From Gemmatimonadota bacterium (lineage in GTDB: Bacteria > Gemmatimonadota > Gemmatimonadetes > Longimicrobiales > Gaopeijiaceae), in contig JAXHMG010000003.1 in the NCBI GenBank assembly GCA_034521595.1, positions 1,920,001 through 1,984,000 on the forward strand: a stretch of DNA of 64,000 nt, in the 5' to 3' direction. The translations under genes were made by a program, and so were the position numbers. Every line of letters begins with the position of its first letter. The first letter of the stretch is position 1. The notes beneath the pieces were generated by a model. It ran no database searches. It had not been told where the DNA came from and was given only the letters and a program-made list of their open reading frames with translations. Positions 1 to 10,602 of this stretch are shown in pieces.

Positions 1-1088
1 ATCACGCCGCCGTTCTGGTTCTCACCCTGCATGGTGACGCGGATGGCGCCGTAGTGGAGGTCGTCCTGATCGTCGTAGACCCGAAGGAAGTAGGTGTGTT
101 CGGGGTCGACGGGGATGGCGTCCGACGTGTAGCCATCCGACGGCGCGAGGGTGGCGTCCAGGCAATCCGGATCGGCAGCCACACCGCATTTCAGCTCGCT
201 CGTGAAAACACCGTTCGGGTTGACCGTGGTCGTGGTGTTCATCGCCTCCGTGGGCACCAGCCACCAGAACCCGTCCTGGTCCCGCTCCACGCTGAAGTGC
301 GCACCCGGATCGTCACCGTGAAAGACCCGGTCTCCGCGAGTGCTAGCATCGCTCTCCTGGAACCGGAATCCCGACTCCTCCGGAACGTCGAAGTAGTCGT
401 ACAGGAGCTCGGCGGTGTAGTCCGGCCGTGGCGTGCCGGCCACGATCTGGCTGCCGGCGCTCTCGTGGCCGTCCACGTCGACGGACGTCACGAAATACTC
501 GTAGGTCGAGCCGTTCGCGGCGAGCAGGTCGATGAAGCCCTCCGAATCCGTCTCGCCCAACAGGTAGTCGTTCCCGTCCGGCGCAGCTTGGTAGACCCGG
601 TAGAAGGAGAAGTCGTCCTCGGTACCGTGGCGTGAGGCATCACCCCACACGATCCAGGCGGCGCCGTCCAGCCCGATCACCTCGGTTTGGTCGGGCACCG
701 GGGGCGGCGTGCGGAACGGCGCGCGCACCTCGACGGTGAAGTCGGAGGCGGTCTCGGCACCGGTAGCGGGATCCCAGGCGGCGACGTAGTACTCGTAGGT
801 CACGTCTTCCTGGATGTTCGTATCCGTGTAGGTACAGATGCCGCCCGTGCAGCTCGTGACGTCCGCGATGAGGAAGTAGTCGGCGTCACTCACCCGGCGT
901 CCGTAGACGCGAAAGGACTCGCCGTCCCAGCCCGATCCGAGCTCCCAGGTCAGCGTGATCGCTTCCGCGTAGTACGAGCCTTCGAGCGCCCTCGGCGGCG
1001 CCGGACCGTCGACGACCCCCGTCGAATCGTTGTTGCACCCCGCCACTACGAAGGTGGCGGCGAGCGCAGCATGGACCAGACGTCTCAT
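1..1088 (-). CDS. Lipoprotein with fibronectin type III-like domains (runs off the window edge; missing from the ORF track)
   Basis: Manual translation from ATG 1088: MRRLVHAALAATFVVAGC (lipobox), then FN3-like motifs ITLTWE...YEYYVAA and FYRVY...YEYFVTSVD; GAGAGGA RBS upstream. Confidence 0.75.
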   Translation of the reverse strand, partial: MRRLVHAALAATFVVAGCNNDSTGVVDGPAPPRALEGSYYAEAITLTWELGSGWDGESFRVYGRRVSDADYFLIADVTSCTGGICTYTDTNIQEDVTYEYYVAAWDPATGAETASDFTVEVRAPFRTPPPVPDQTEVIGLDGAAWIVWGDASRHGTEDDFSFYRVYQAAPDGNDYLLGETDSEGFIDLLAANGSTYEYFVTSVDVDGHESAGSQIVAGTPRPDYTAELLYDYFDVPEESGFRFQESDASTRGDRVFHGDDPGAHFSVERDQDGFWWLVPTEAMNTTTTVNPNGVFTSELKCGVAADPDCLDATLAPSDGYTSDAIPVDPEHTYFLRVYDDQDDLHYGAIRVTMQGENQNGGV

Positions 1089-1143
1089 GGTTCCTCTCCT
1101 CGGTCGGACCCCGGTGCATCCGGAGCTCACCCCGAAACGGTGA

Positions 1144-1160
1144 AGCACGGGGCGTGCCTA
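1144..1160 (-). promoter_or_regulatory. Putative sigma-54 promoter
   Basis: Minus strand TAGGCACGCCCCGTGCT fits -24/-12 (GG-N10-GC) spacing, about 55 bp upstream of the lipoprotein ATG. Confidence 0.4.
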
Positions 1161-1257
1161 ATCGTCAACTCACTGGCGCACAACGACCTGCGACTCATCC
1201 CCGCGGAAGCGGCGTCCGTGTGAGAGGACACCGGCCGGACGGAGCAGGACACCCACG

Positions 1258-4179
1258 TCAGCCACCACCGCCCTCCGACGGCAAGCCCACGTCCAAGTTT
1301 CTCTGCCGGTAGTCGAACTTGAGGTCCCGATTGTCGGTCAGCGACACTTCGAAGCGGAAGCTCCAGTTGCCGGTCGCCGTCTTCAGGAAATCGAAGTTCG
1401 CCTGCCAGCGGTGCAAGTCACGGGTCAGGCGAATGACGTGGTCGTTGAAGGCACGGGCCTCGAGGTCATAGGCGGTGCGCCAGCTCAGGTCCCAATTCTC
1501 CGTCGGGCGCAGCCGCACGGTGCCACGGACCATCTGGCTGAGGCCGTTGCCCCCGCCCCGGGGCCGCTGCAGCGCATAGGAGAGACTGGCGTTCCACTCG
1601 CCCAAGCCCGACTGCTCCCGCTCGGGGCCGGCCGCCTGACCCTGCCCGCGCCGGTCCCCGCCGGGGATCATCGCCCCCTCCCCGACCATCTCGTCGTCCG
1701 CGAAGGGATCGTCCAGATCGTCCGTCTCTTCCTCGTCGTCGGTCGGTTCCCCGTCGCCCCCGCCGGCGAGGCCGAGCCAGCGGAAGATGTCCGACCGGGA
1801 GCTGACGGAGAATCCGAGGTTGAGCGAGGACAAATGGGGCCGGAAGTCGCGCTCGACGAGCGTGCCGTCGGCGACCGAGTCGGCGAACAGGTCGTGGCGC
1901 ATGGACACGGAAAGCCCCCGCAGGTAGTCCGAGGTGATCCGGCTGCTGAGCTGGGTGGTCTGGAACCCGGCCAGGAAGTGTCCGAGGGAGTCGGCTTCGA
2001 CGAAGTCGTACCGCACGACGTTCGTGTTGAGGCCGAGCAGGGTCACCACGGGGGGACGCTGGATGCGCCGGGGCTCACCGTCGTTCCGGCCGTTCTGGCC
2101 GGCGGTGAGGTCGGTGACCGAGGCCGAGTCGGACGCGACGGCCGTGTCCGCGGCCGCCCCGTTCTCGCTGTCCTCGTCTTCGGGCCGCCGGGCTTCGAAC
2201 GTCTGGTTGAACCCCACGGCTACCACGTTCCGGGGCTGAATGGCCCTCGAGCCGAACACCTGCCGCTGGAGCTCGTCGGGCGTCGCCTCCGGCGTCCATT
2301 CGTAGGTGATCGACGGCGTGATCTTGTGGCGGATGGCGTCGAAGCCTCCGAATCCCGGGAAGAAGCCGTAGACGTCGCTCTTCAGGGTCGCTCCGAGCGA
2401 GACGCGGCTCGGAGCCGCGACGAAATCCGAGGCCAGGCTGGACGTATCCGCCCGGAAGAGGTCTCCGGAGAGCGTGAGATCCGGCGTGAGGGTCGTCGAT
2501 CCGACGAGTCGCTGCTGATAACGGACCGACGCGCTCCAGTTCAGGGTGGCCTGCCCGATGTCGCGCGCGGGCGCCGTCGTGAGCAACTCTTCGGGATCCG
2601 GCTCAGCCTCCGAATCGCTCGGGAGGGCCTCCGGCACGTCGCGCGTCCGAGATTCGGTCAGGCTCACGGACGGGCTGATGCTCAGGTTGCCGAGCCCGAG
2701 GCTCGTTCCCACCGACGCCCTGGTTCGCTCGGTGTCGGCCGTCCCGTACGAGAACGTCTCCTCCTGGAGACGGTCCTCCACGCTGCGCCGGAACCGGGTG
2801 CTGGCGCTCCACGTCATGTTGTTCCAGAATCGCGCCTCCGTGGCGGGGGCCGCGAAGAGCGTGCGTGACGTGAGGGAAAGGTTGGCCTGTGGTAGCGTCC
2901 ACTCGACCCGGTCGTCCGAGAGGTACTGACTCCGATTCGCGTTGAGGGACAGGTTTCCCCAATCGAAGCGGCGGCTGAGCCCCGCGGTCGAAGTGATTTG
3001 CTGCGTCACTTCCCGGGGATCGAACGAGAACTCGCGCACGAAATCGTTCTTGGCGTATCGGGCGGAGACCTGCAGCCGCGTCCGTTCGTCCGGCTGCCAA
3101 TCGTGGTTGGTGTTGAACGCGAACTCCGTGTCTCCCTCGGCCCCCCAGAAGCGTCGCACGTTCACGGAGCCGTTCAGGAACTGACGGTTGAACCGGTACT
3201 GGAACTGGGTTCTCAGACTGAAGAACGTGTCGCTGAACCAGTCCGCGGCGACGAGCGCGTCCGTGTACTCGCTCATGGCCCAGTAGAACCCGAGGTTGCT
3301 GACCCGCCGGCGGTATCCGCTCGACGTGCGCACGATGTCGTTGATGCTGAACTGCGGCGTGAGAAGCCCGGACGCCCGCCCCTGCTCGAGGTCCTGCGCG
3401 ATGAACGGCAGCCACGCGACCGGCACGTCGTCGAAGTAGAGCCGCACGCCGCGCGCCACGAGGATGCGTCCTCCGACCACCTTGATCTGGTCCGACTCGA
3501 AGTGGTAGTGCGGCTCCTCGAGGTCGCACGAGGTGAAGCGGGCGTGCGACATGAAGGTCGAGTCCTGGCCCGCCCACGGCATGTCGCCGGTCATGTACCA
3601 ACGCGTGCCGCCCTCGCTGAACTCGGTCCTCGCTCCGAGCGCCGAGCCCCGCTCCTGGTTCAGATCGTACACCATGTCCGCCGCGTCCACCGGGTCGTTG
3701 TCGGGGGGCGCGAAGGTGGACATGCCCTTCGTGCGCATGAGGCCCGTGGATTCGTCGAAGACGATCGACGAATCCGCCTGCACCTCGATCCCCTCCCGGC
3801 GCACCACGGCCCTTCCCTCCGGCGCGGCCCGGAGGGTGAGAATCCGCTCGCTCGAAACGAAGTCGGCCTCGCCCCCCTCGTACCGCGTGAGCGAGAAGCC
3901 GGGCATCGAGGACAGCGCCGCCAAGACGGTGTCGCCTTCGCTCGCGAGCCCCGGCCGGATCCCCGCCTGCGCCTCCGCCAGGCGGGCCGAGTCCTGCTCG
4001 AAGAGGACGCTGTCGGCCCCCACCGGCCGCGCGAGGCGCCGTAACCGCTCGCGCACACGTTCCTGAGCCGAGTCGGGCGCGGGCTCCTGCTGCGCCAGAA
4101 CCGGAGCGGGCAGGCAGGCGAGCCCGGCCGCGACCGCGGCGACCCAGCATCGTGCCCGCCTGGTCCTACCCCCGGTCAT
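1258..4179 (-). CDS. lptD: LPS-assembly protein LptD-like outer-membrane barrel
   Basis: 973 aa; signal peptide, FTSCDLEEPHYHF motif, SGLLTP, C-terminal RDLHRWQANF. Confidence 0.85.
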   Translation of the reverse strand: MTGGRTRRARCWVAAVAAGLACLPAPVLAQQEPAPDSAQERVRERLRRLARPVGADSVLFEQDSARLAEAQAGIRPGLASEGDTVLAALSSMPGFSLTRYEGGEADFVSSERILTLRAAPEGRAVVRREGIEVQADSSIVFDESTGLMRTKGMSTFAPPDNDPVDAADMVYDLNQERGSALGARTEFSEGGTRWYMTGDMPWAGQDSTFMSHARFTSCDLEEPHYHFESDQIKVVGGRILVARGVRLYFDDVPVAWLPFIAQDLEQGRASGLLTPQFSINDIVRTSSGYRRRVSNLGFYWAMSEYTDALVAADWFSDTFFSLRTQFQYRFNRQFLNGSVNVRRFWGAEGDTEFAFNTNHDWQPDERTRLQVSARYAKNDFVREFSFDPREVTQQITSTAGLSRRFDWGNLSLNANRSQYLSDDRVEWTLPQANLSLTSRTLFAAPATEARFWNNMTWSASTRFRRSVEDRLQEETFSYGTADTERTRASVGTSLGLGNLSISPSVSLTESRTRDVPEALPSDSEAEPDPEELLTTAPARDIGQATLNWSASVRYQQRLVGSTTLTPDLTLSGDLFRADTSSLASDFVAAPSRVSLGATLKSDVYGFFPGFGGFDAIRHKITPSITYEWTPEATPDELQRQVFGSRAIQPRNVVAVGFNQTFEARRPEDEDSENGAAADTAVASDSASVTDLTAGQNGRNDGEPRRIQRPPVVTLLGLNTNVVRYDFVEADSLGHFLAGFQTTQLSSRITSDYLRGLSVSMRHDLFADSVADGTLVERDFRPHLSSLNLGFSVSSRSDIFRWLGLAGGGDGEPTDDEEETDDLDDPFADDEMVGEGAMIPGGDRRGQGQAAGPEREQSGLGEWNASLSYALQRPRGGGNGLSQMVRGTVRLRPTENWDLSWRTAYDLEARAFNDHVIRLTRDLHRWQANFDFLKTATGNWSFRFEVSLTDNRDLKFDYRQRNLDVGLPSEGGGG

Positions 4180-5036
4180 TGCTCCTCCGACGAGTCCTTC
4201 CGCTCGACCGCGCCGACAGGAGGTTCTTCGCTCGGTTCGTACTTCTTCCGGTACTCCTCTTCCAGCTCGGCCTCGCGCTTCCGGCGGCCCCGGTAAATGG
4301 CGGCGGACATGAAGATGCCGAGCTCGTAGAGGAGCACGAGCGGAAGCATCATCATGAAGGTCAGGGTGATCGCGTCTCCGGGCGTGATGAAGCTCGCCAG
4401 CACGGTGATCGCCACGATCGCGTGCCGGCGCTTCTCCCTCAGGAACTCGGGTGTCACGAGCCCCATCGCGCTCAGGATCACGATGACGATCGGGAGCTCG
4501 AAGACCGCGCCGAACGCGAAAAGCAGCTTGACCACGAAGCCGAGCGTGTAGTTGATCTCGAGCTGGCCTTCGAGCGACTCCGTCATGAAGCCCTGAAAGA
4601 ACCGCAGGGTCATGGGAAGCGCGGCGAAGTAGGCCAGCGCCACCCCGGCGATGAAGAGGACCAGTCCCAGATACAAGGCCGGCAGAATCGCCCGCTTTTC
4701 CCGCTTATCGAGGGCGGGCGAGAGGAACGCCCAGATGTTGTAGACGAGAATGGGGAAGGCCACGATGATCCCGATATAGATCGCCAACCGGATCATGACG
4801 AAGAACGGATCCGCCGGGGAGAGATAAATGAGCTGAAGGCTCGGATCTTCCCACGCTCGGCGCACGGGCCGCATGAGCAGCTCGAGGGCGTCGTAATAGA
4901 CGACGAGCCCGAAGCCGACGGCCGTGCCGGCGATGATGGCCAGGAGCGTCCAGAGGATGCGCCAACGGAGCTCTTCCAGATGGTCCAGGAAGGGCATCTC
5001 GCCCCGTTCATTTCGATGACGCTTCGGGAATTTCAC
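4176..5036 (-). CDS. tatC: Twin-arginine translocase subunit TatC
   Basis: EMPFLDHLEELRWR, FGAVFELP, ITPGD motifs. Confidence 0.97.
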   Translation of the reverse strand: MKFPKRHRNERGEMPFLDHLEELRWRILWTLLAIIAGTAVGFGLVVYYDALELLMRPVRRAWEDPSLQLIYLSPADPFFVMIRLAIYIGIIVAFPILVYNIWAFLSPALDKREKRAILPALYLGLVLFIAGVALAYFAALPMTLRFFQGFMTESLEGQLEINYTLGFVVKLLFAFGAVFELPIVIVILSAMGLVTPEFLREKRRHAIVAITVLASFITPGDAITLTFMMMLPLVLLYELGIFMSAAIYRGRRKREAELEEEYRKKYEPSEEPPVGAVERKDSSEEQ

Positions 5037-5088
5037 GCGCGGGCTCCAAACGGTTTCGACACGGTCACTCCCCGGCTTCCGCGACCGG

Positions 5089-5586
5089 TTAGATCGGCAG
5101 CTCTACCTGGTTTCTGCGGAGCTCCTCGCGTTCCTGAGCCGCAGCCATCTCATCGACGAACTCCTGAAACTCACCCGCGTCCTGGAAGTTCCGGTATACG
5201 GACGCGAATCGCACGTACGCCACGCGGTCCAGCGGGCGCAACAACTCCATGACGAGCGCGCCGAGCTGCACGCTCGGCACTTCCACCGCCGCGGCCTTGG
5301 AAAGCTCGTCCTCGACGCGGTCGACGAGCTCCTCCATGGCCGACCCGGAGACCGGGCGCTTGGCGCACGCGACCTTCACGCTGGAGAGGAGCTTCCCACG
5401 GTCGAAATCCTCGACGGCCCCCGAGCGCTTGAGCACCTGCGTGGCGCGCTCCTCGACGTACTCGTAGGTCGTGAAACGCGCTCCGCAGACGGCGCACTCG
5501 CGTCGGCGCCGGACGGCCCGGCCTCCTCGGCTGGCCCGTGTATCCACCACCCGGTTCTCGGTGGCATCGCACTCGGGACACCGCAT
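5089..5586 (-). CDS. nrdR: Transcriptional repressor NrdR
   Basis: MRCPEC...RRRRECAVCGARFTTYE zinc ribbon plus ATP cone, VAYVRFASVY. Confidence 0.97.
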   Translation of the reverse strand: MRCPECDATENRVVDTRASRGGRAVRRRRECAVCGARFTTYEYVEERATQVLKRSGAVEDFDRGKLLSSVKVACAKRPVSGSAMEELVDRVEDELSKAAAVEVPSVQLGALVMELLRPLDRVAYVRFASVYRNFQDAGEFQEFVDEMAAAQEREELRRNQVELPI

Positions 5587-5629
5587 GGCTCAGCTCATCG
5601 GTCGTAGCGCTTCCGCGCCGGGAAGGCCA

Positions 5630-6448
5630 CTATCCGATCTCGTCCAGCTTGTCCCGGGCGATCAGGGCGATCGCCGTCTCCGGGTAGGTGTTCACGATGC
5701 GCTCCAGCGTCTGCCGCGCTTCGTCCACGTCGCCCGCTTCGATCTGGAGGAGCGCGATACGGTAGAGCGCATCGGGCACGCGAGCCGAGCCCGGGAAGCG
5801 CTCCTGGACCTCGCGGAACCCTTCGAGCGCCTCTTCCGACTCACCCTGCTGTTCGAGGATGTCGGCGAGGAAGAAGTACGCGTCCGCGGCCCTGTCGTGG
5901 TTCGGGAACTCGTCCAGGAACTGCTCGAAGGCACGCTCGGCGGTGTTCAACGACCCACGCGCGAGCTGCTGCGTCGCCGTCTGCCAGAGCTCGGCCGCGT
6001 CCGACCCACTGACGACCCCCGGGAGTTCCTCGGACACCCCGGCGCCCTCGTCCGTGTCGCCGGGCCGCGCGCCGGCCGCACCTCCACCGCCCGACACCAC
6101 GCGCTGGTTCGCGAGCTGGTCGCCGATCCCGACGATTCGCCGTTGATTCTCACCGGTGAGCGCGCGGATCTGTGCGATCTCGTCCCGCGTCTCCCGGAGC
6201 AGACGCGTGATCTCGCCCCGGAAGTCGAAGAGCTGTCCGGCCTGATTGCTCAACGTGTCCTGCGTGGACGCGGTCGCCTCGCGCAGCTCGGTGATGAGCG
6301 AATCCTGGCGGACCGTCAGCGTACGGATCTCGGCCTGGAGATCGCGGATGTCGCTCTTCATGGCGCACCCGCCAAGCGTGGCGACGGCGGCCACCGCCAG
6401 GAAGGCGCGGGCCGCCGTCGGATATCTCGTTCGCGTCATGTTTGCCAT
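5630..6448 (-). CDS. cpoB: Tol-Pal system protein CpoB/YbgF (TPR lipoprotein)
   Basis: Lipobox LGGC, coiled coil, TPRs; directly downstream of pal; start chosen at the ATG following GGGGAGGGA. Confidence 0.85.
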   Translation of the reverse strand: MANMTRTRYPTAARAFLAVAAVATLGGCAMKSDIRDLQAEIRTLTVRQDSLITELREATASTQDTLSNQAGQLFDFRGEITRLLRETRDEIAQIRALTGENQRRIVGIGDQLANQRVVSGGGGAAGARPGDTDEGAGVSEELPGVVSGSDAAELWQTATQQLARGSLNTAERAFEQFLDEFPNHDRAADAYFFLADILEQQGESEEALEGFREVQERFPGSARVPDALYRIALLQIEAGDVDEARQTLERIVNTYPETAIALIARDKLDEIG

Positions 6449-6501
6449 GGGTCCCTCCCCCGGTGGTGTTCCGGGGGAGGACACCCGCAAGGGTCGTACC
6501 G

Positions 6502-7098
6502 TCAGTTCGGCGGGTTGATCTGGTTTCCGCCCGCCGTGATCACGAACTCCGCCCGCCGGTTCGCGGCCCAGGCCTCTTCGTTCGAGCCCGTCCGCAGAGG
6601 ACGGCCCTCACCGAACGAGACCGTCTCGAACCGGTTGTCCGAGATCCCGAAGTCCGTCAGGAACTCACGGACCGCTTCGGCGCGGCGGTTTCCGAGCGCG
6701 AGGTTGTACTCGGTCGAGCCCCGCTCGTCGGCATGCCCCTCGATGGTAATCCGCACCTGCGGGCTGGCCCGCAGGATCTGGGCCTTCTCCTGCAGCAGGG
6801 TCTCGGCTTCCGGCCGGATCCTCGACTCGTCGTAGTCGAAGTACACCCGGGCCTCGAGCGTCTCACGCATTTCACGGACGAGCCGCTCGCGCTCGGCGGC
6901 GGCGGCGCTGTCGGCGGCGGCACGGGCGGCGGCGGCTTCGGCCTCACGCTGCGCCGCGGCGACGGAGTCACGGTACCGCTGGAGCGAGTCCTGATCCTGC
7001 TGCGGAGGTTCCGGCGGCGGCGGGGGCGGGTCACCTCCGCACGAACCTGCGACGAACGTGGCGACCAGGACCGACAAGACAAAGCGGCGGACGATCAT
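6502..7098 (-). CDS. pal: Peptidoglycan-associated lipoprotein
   Basis: VYFDYD, IEGHADERGSTEYNLALGNRRA, NRRAEF. Confidence 0.96.
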   Translation of the reverse strand: MIVRRFVLSVLVATFVAGSCGGDPPPPPPEPPQQDQDSLQRYRDSVAAAQREAEAAAARAAADSAAAAERERLVREMRETLEARVYFDYDESRIRPEAETLLQEKAQILRASPQVRITIEGHADERGSTEYNLALGNRRAEAVREFLTDFGISDNRFETVSFGEGRPLRTGSNEEAWAANRRAEFVITAGGNQINPPN

Positions 7099-7269
7099 CC
7101 GTACTCCCGGGTTGAACTTATGGTGTGTATATGCGGTGCCCGCCGTTCGGCCAGGCGACGCAACGAAAGTAACGACCTTTCACGGAGGCGAAAGCCCCTT
7201 TCCATATATGGCCAAAGCGACCGCGACGCAATGGTTTCGGTGCCGCGCGCGCCGCGGGCGGGCGATCGT

Positions 7270-8613
7270 TCACCGCAGTGTCGGAGACCAATCCGGGACC
7301 CCGACCTGGCGGCCGGACATCAGCGCCCGGATCCGTCCGGTGGCGGCGTCCACCACGAAGAGCCCGTAACCCCAGTTCCGCTCGCCCACGAAGACGATGT
7401 GACGCCCGTCCGGGGCCCAGCTCGGATCCTCGTTGTTCCCTTCCGACGTGAGCTGCCGGAGCACCCGCCCACCGTCCTCGAGGTTCGCCACGAGAATGTG
7501 GTACCGGCCCCGCTCGATCCGGCCGTGAAACGTGACCCGGTCCCGGTGCGGCGACCAGTCGGGCGACGTGTAGTACCCGCCGCTACCGTACTCGTAGGGC
7601 GAGAGCGTCTCGGCATCGCCGCCGGACGCCGGCATGAGCATGATCTGCGGCACGGCATCTCCGAAGCGGAGCGTGTTGAACGCCAGCCAATCTCCGTCCG
7701 GCGAGAACGTCGGCGAGAGGTCGTACCAGGGCCCGCCGGAGAGGTACGTGAGGCAGCAGTCACGCTCCACGTCGTACGTGAAGATCCCGCTCTGTCCGCC
7801 GCGTCCCAGCACGGAGAACGCGAGAATCTCGCCGTTCGGATGGTACGCCGGCGTGATGTAGTCTCCGGCTCCCCGCACCTCCGGAATCATGGTCTTCGTC
7901 CCGTCGGCGACGTCGACCTCGTAGATCCGCGGCGTGCCTCCCGCCCACGACGTGAAGGCGATCTTGCTGCCGTCGGGAGACCACGTGGGCGACTCGACCA
8001 GGCTCCCCTCGTTCGTGAGACGACGAAGGTTCTCCCCGTCGGAGTCGATCAGATAGATGTCCTTGTTCCCGTCGCCGTCGGCCATCGTGAACGAGATCCG
8101 ACTCGCCGCCATCCCGGGATCGCCGGTCACCCACCGCACGATCTCGTCGGAGACGCGGTGTACCGCCATGCGGAAATCGGGATCGCCGGCGTCCGGTAGG
8201 CGGAACCGCTCGCGCTCGTTGACCGAGCCGTAAACCACGTCGTGGAGCGAGAGAACGAGCACGTATCCCTCGCCGGCCCCCTCGACCCGGCCGTCCACGA
8301 GCCAGTCGGCGCCCAGCCGGTCCCACAGCGTATAGTCGATGGCGTCGTCCACCATGCCGTCGGGCAGGGAGTCGAGCATCCGAAAGCGGTCGGAATAACG
8401 GAGGTCTCGCCCGATGATCGCCTCGACCTCGGACGCCGCGCCGCCGCCTCCGAGCCGCCCCGAGAACGGCTTGATGCCGAGGGACGGCTGGTACCCGGTT
8501 TCATAGACGAGCCCGAGGCTCACCCCGGGAATCTGATCCGGCTCCTGGGCCGCCGCCGGCGCCGCCAACAGGGTCGCGCCAACCGCCGCGATCCCCACGA
8601 GCACCCTGCTCAT
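7270..8613 (-). CDS. tolB: TolB beta-propeller protein
   Basis: PD40 repeats (PTWSPDG, PSWAPDG); position in tol-pal operon. Confidence 0.9.
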   Translation of the reverse strand: MSRVLVGIAAVGATLLAAPAAAQEPDQIPGVSLGLVYETGYQPSLGIKPFSGRLGGGGAASEVEAIIGRDLRYSDRFRMLDSLPDGMVDDAIDYTLWDRLGADWLVDGRVEGAGEGYVLVLSLHDVVYGSVNERERFRLPDAGDPDFRMAVHRVSDEIVRWVTGDPGMAASRISFTMADGDGNKDIYLIDSDGENLRRLTNEGSLVESPTWSPDGSKIAFTSWAGGTPRIYEVDVADGTKTMIPEVRGAGDYITPAYHPNGEILAFSVLGRGGQSGIFTYDVERDCCLTYLSGGPWYDLSPTFSPDGDWLAFNTLRFGDAVPQIMLMPASGGDAETLSPYEYGSGGYYTSPDWSPHRDRVTFHGRIERGRYHILVANLEDGGRVLRQLTSEGNNEDPSWAPDGRHIVFVGERNWGYGLFVVDAATGRIRALMSGRQVGVPDWSPTLR

Positions 8614-8641
8614 CACTCCGCGTCCTTTTCTCACAGACGTG

Positions 8642-9439
8642 TCACCTCTCCATGCCCCTCGGCCTGAAATTGAACTGAACGGGAAGCCGGTCGAACGGCA
8701 GCTCTTCGGGGAGCGGACCGAACCGGCCCTGCCCCGCGCAATCGATCGCGCCCATCGCTTCGAAGTCGAACGAGGTGTTGCCCGACCGACTCACGAACTC
8801 GATCTCCGTGGCGGTCCCGTCCCGCTGGATCTCGAAGTAAACGGTGGTCTCCCAGTCGCCTTCCTCCCGCCACCGGAAGCAGCGTTGGATTTGCCGAATG
8901 ATGTTGTCGTAATACGCCGGATAGTCGCGTCGAACCCCTTCGAGCCGGACATTGATCCCCTCTCCCGACTCCTCCGCGTCCTCGGGCGGGGTCTCGGTAG
9001 TCGTGGCCGGCGTCGGCTCGTCCTCGGCGGGCGGCTGCGTCTCGTCCCGCGGCGGGGTGGGGTCCGGATCCGGCTCGGGCTCCGGCTCTTGTTCTTCCGG
9101 CTCCGGGTCCTCGGCCTCCGGCTCGGGCTCGTCCTCTTCGGGCTCGGGCTCGGGCTCCTCCGGCTCGGGCTCGGGCGGGGGCGGCGTCTCCTCGGGCTCG
9201 GGCTCGGGCTCGGGCCGGGTCTCTTCCGGCTGCTCGACCACCAGATCCTCCGTGGCGAGCTCCTCCACTTCCGCCTGGGTGGCCGGCGGCGGCGAGACCA
9301 TCTCGATCTCGTACGTGACGAACTCCATGACGTCGGGCTCGTAGAGCGTGCTCGACCAAGCCACGACGAACAGGGCCACGTGCAACACCAGCGAGAGCCC
9401 GAAGGCCTTGCGCTCGAAACGCGGCGGAGGAGCGGCCAT
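8642..9439 (-). CDS. TolA/TonB-family energy transducer
   Basis: N-terminal TM with SxxLH, Pro/Glu-rich linker, TonB_2-like C-terminus (SRSGNTSFD). Confidence 0.85.
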   Translation of the reverse strand: MAAPPPRFERKAFGLSLVLHVALFVVAWSSTLYEPDVMEFVTYEIEMVSPPPATQAEVEELATEDLVVEQPEETRPEPEPEPEETPPPPEPEPEEPEPEPEEDEPEPEAEDPEPEEQEPEPEPDPDPTPPRDETQPPAEDEPTPATTTETPPEDAEESGEGINVRLEGVRRDYPAYYDNIIRQIQRCFRWREEGDWETTVYFEIQRDGTATEIEFVSRSGNTSFDFEAMGAIDCAGQGRFGPLPEELPFDRLPVQFNFRPRGMER

Positions 9440-9445
9440 CGGTCC

Positions 9446-9880
9446 CTACCTCGACCCCGAATAGGGCTCCGCGACGACGGACCAGTTCACCCCGCTGTTC
9501 ACGGCGGTGGACATCGCACGCAACACGGGCCCGTACGGCGCCAGCGAGTCCGCACGGATGTAGATACGCTCCACGCCGCCCACGTCGGTGAGCTGGCCCA
9601 GGCTCTCTTCGAGCTCGTCGAGCGTGACCTCGGTTTCCTCCATGAAGACGGTCCCGTCGCGCATCACGGTGATGAAGAACGGGCTCTCCCGGGAGGTGAT
9701 GGGCTCCACGTCGGCCCGCGGGATCGACACCTCTATGCCACCCTGCAGGATCGGGGCCGTGATGATGAAGATCACGAGGAGGGTGAACGCCACGTCCACC
9801 AGGCTCGTGACGTTGATCTCGGCGTTGACCGGAAGGTCGGACCGTCCGAGCCCTCCCGAGCCGCGTCCCCTCCTCGGCAT
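9446..9880 (-). CDS. tolR: TolR/ExbD protein
   Basis: EINVTSLVDVAFTLLVIFIITAP, IRAD. Confidence 0.9.
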   Translation of the reverse strand: MPRRGRGSGGLGRSDLPVNAEINVTSLVDVAFTLLVIFIITAPILQGGIEVSIPRADVEPITSRESPFFITVMRDGTVFMEETEVTLDELEESLGQLTDVGGVERIYIRADSLAPYGPVLRAMSTAVNSGVNWSVVAEPYSGSR

Positions 9881-10602
9881 CAGACCCGGCCCTCCCGGGC
9901 CAGGGTTCCGATGAATTCGCTCGAGAAGCCTTCGAGCTCCCCGGTGAACAGGTTGAGCTTCGACACGAAATGGTTATAGGCGATGACCGCGGGGATCGCC
10001 ACGGCCAGCCCGACGACCGTCGTCACCAGCGCCTCCGCGACGCCCGGTGCCACCGCCATGATATTGCTCGATCCCGAGATCGTGATCCCCAGGAAAGCGT
10101 TCATGACACCGATCACCGTGCCCATCAGGCCGAGCAGCGGGGAGACCGATCCGATCACGGCGAGGGAGCCCAGCCCGTGCGCGAGCTCGTCGCGCTCCTC
10201 GGATTCCTCCTTCTCCAGGACCATCCGTAGCGCCTCGAGCTGCGTGAGCGAGAGCCCCTCCGGGGGCGGCCCGCTCTGCCTGAGCGCACCCGGACGCAGC
10301 TCGCTGAAGAAGTTCACGCCCTGCCGAAACACCCGGCCGTACGGCGACTCGGGCAGGGTCAGGATGGCCTTGTAGGCTTCCTCGAGGCGCTGCGCTCGCT
10401 CCATCTGCTCGAGAAAAGCGTCGCCTTGTGCCTGGACATCCCGGAATTGACGCCACTTCAGAAAGATCAGCCACCAGGACATGACCGAGAACACGACCAA
10501 CACCAACAGCACGATCTTGGTGGGGAGCGTTCCCCCCACCACCATCTCGAACGCGTTGGTCGGCGGCGCCGCCTGTAGCAGAAAGAAGTAGGTCGAGCTC
10601 AT
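9880..10602 (-). CDS. tolQ: TolQ/ExbB proton channel
   Basis: SPLLGLMGTVIG, VAPGVAEALVTT, AIPAVIAYN. Confidence 0.92.
   Translation of the reverse strand: MSSTYFFLLQAAPPTNAFEMVVGGTLPTKIVLLVLVVFSVMSWWLIFLKWRQFRDVQAQGDAFLEQMERAQRLEEAYKAILTLPESPYGRVFRQGVNFFSELRPGALRQSGPPPEGLSLTQLEALRMVLEKEESEERDELAHGLGSLAVIGSVSPLLGLMGTVIGVMNAFLGITISGSSNIMAVAPGVAEALVTTVVGLAVAIPAVIAYNHFVSKLNLFTGELEGFSSEFIGTLAREGRV

Noticed and set aside
9050-9230. GGCTCG hexamer repeats
   Set aside because: They encode the Pro-Glu linker of the TolA/TonB protein.
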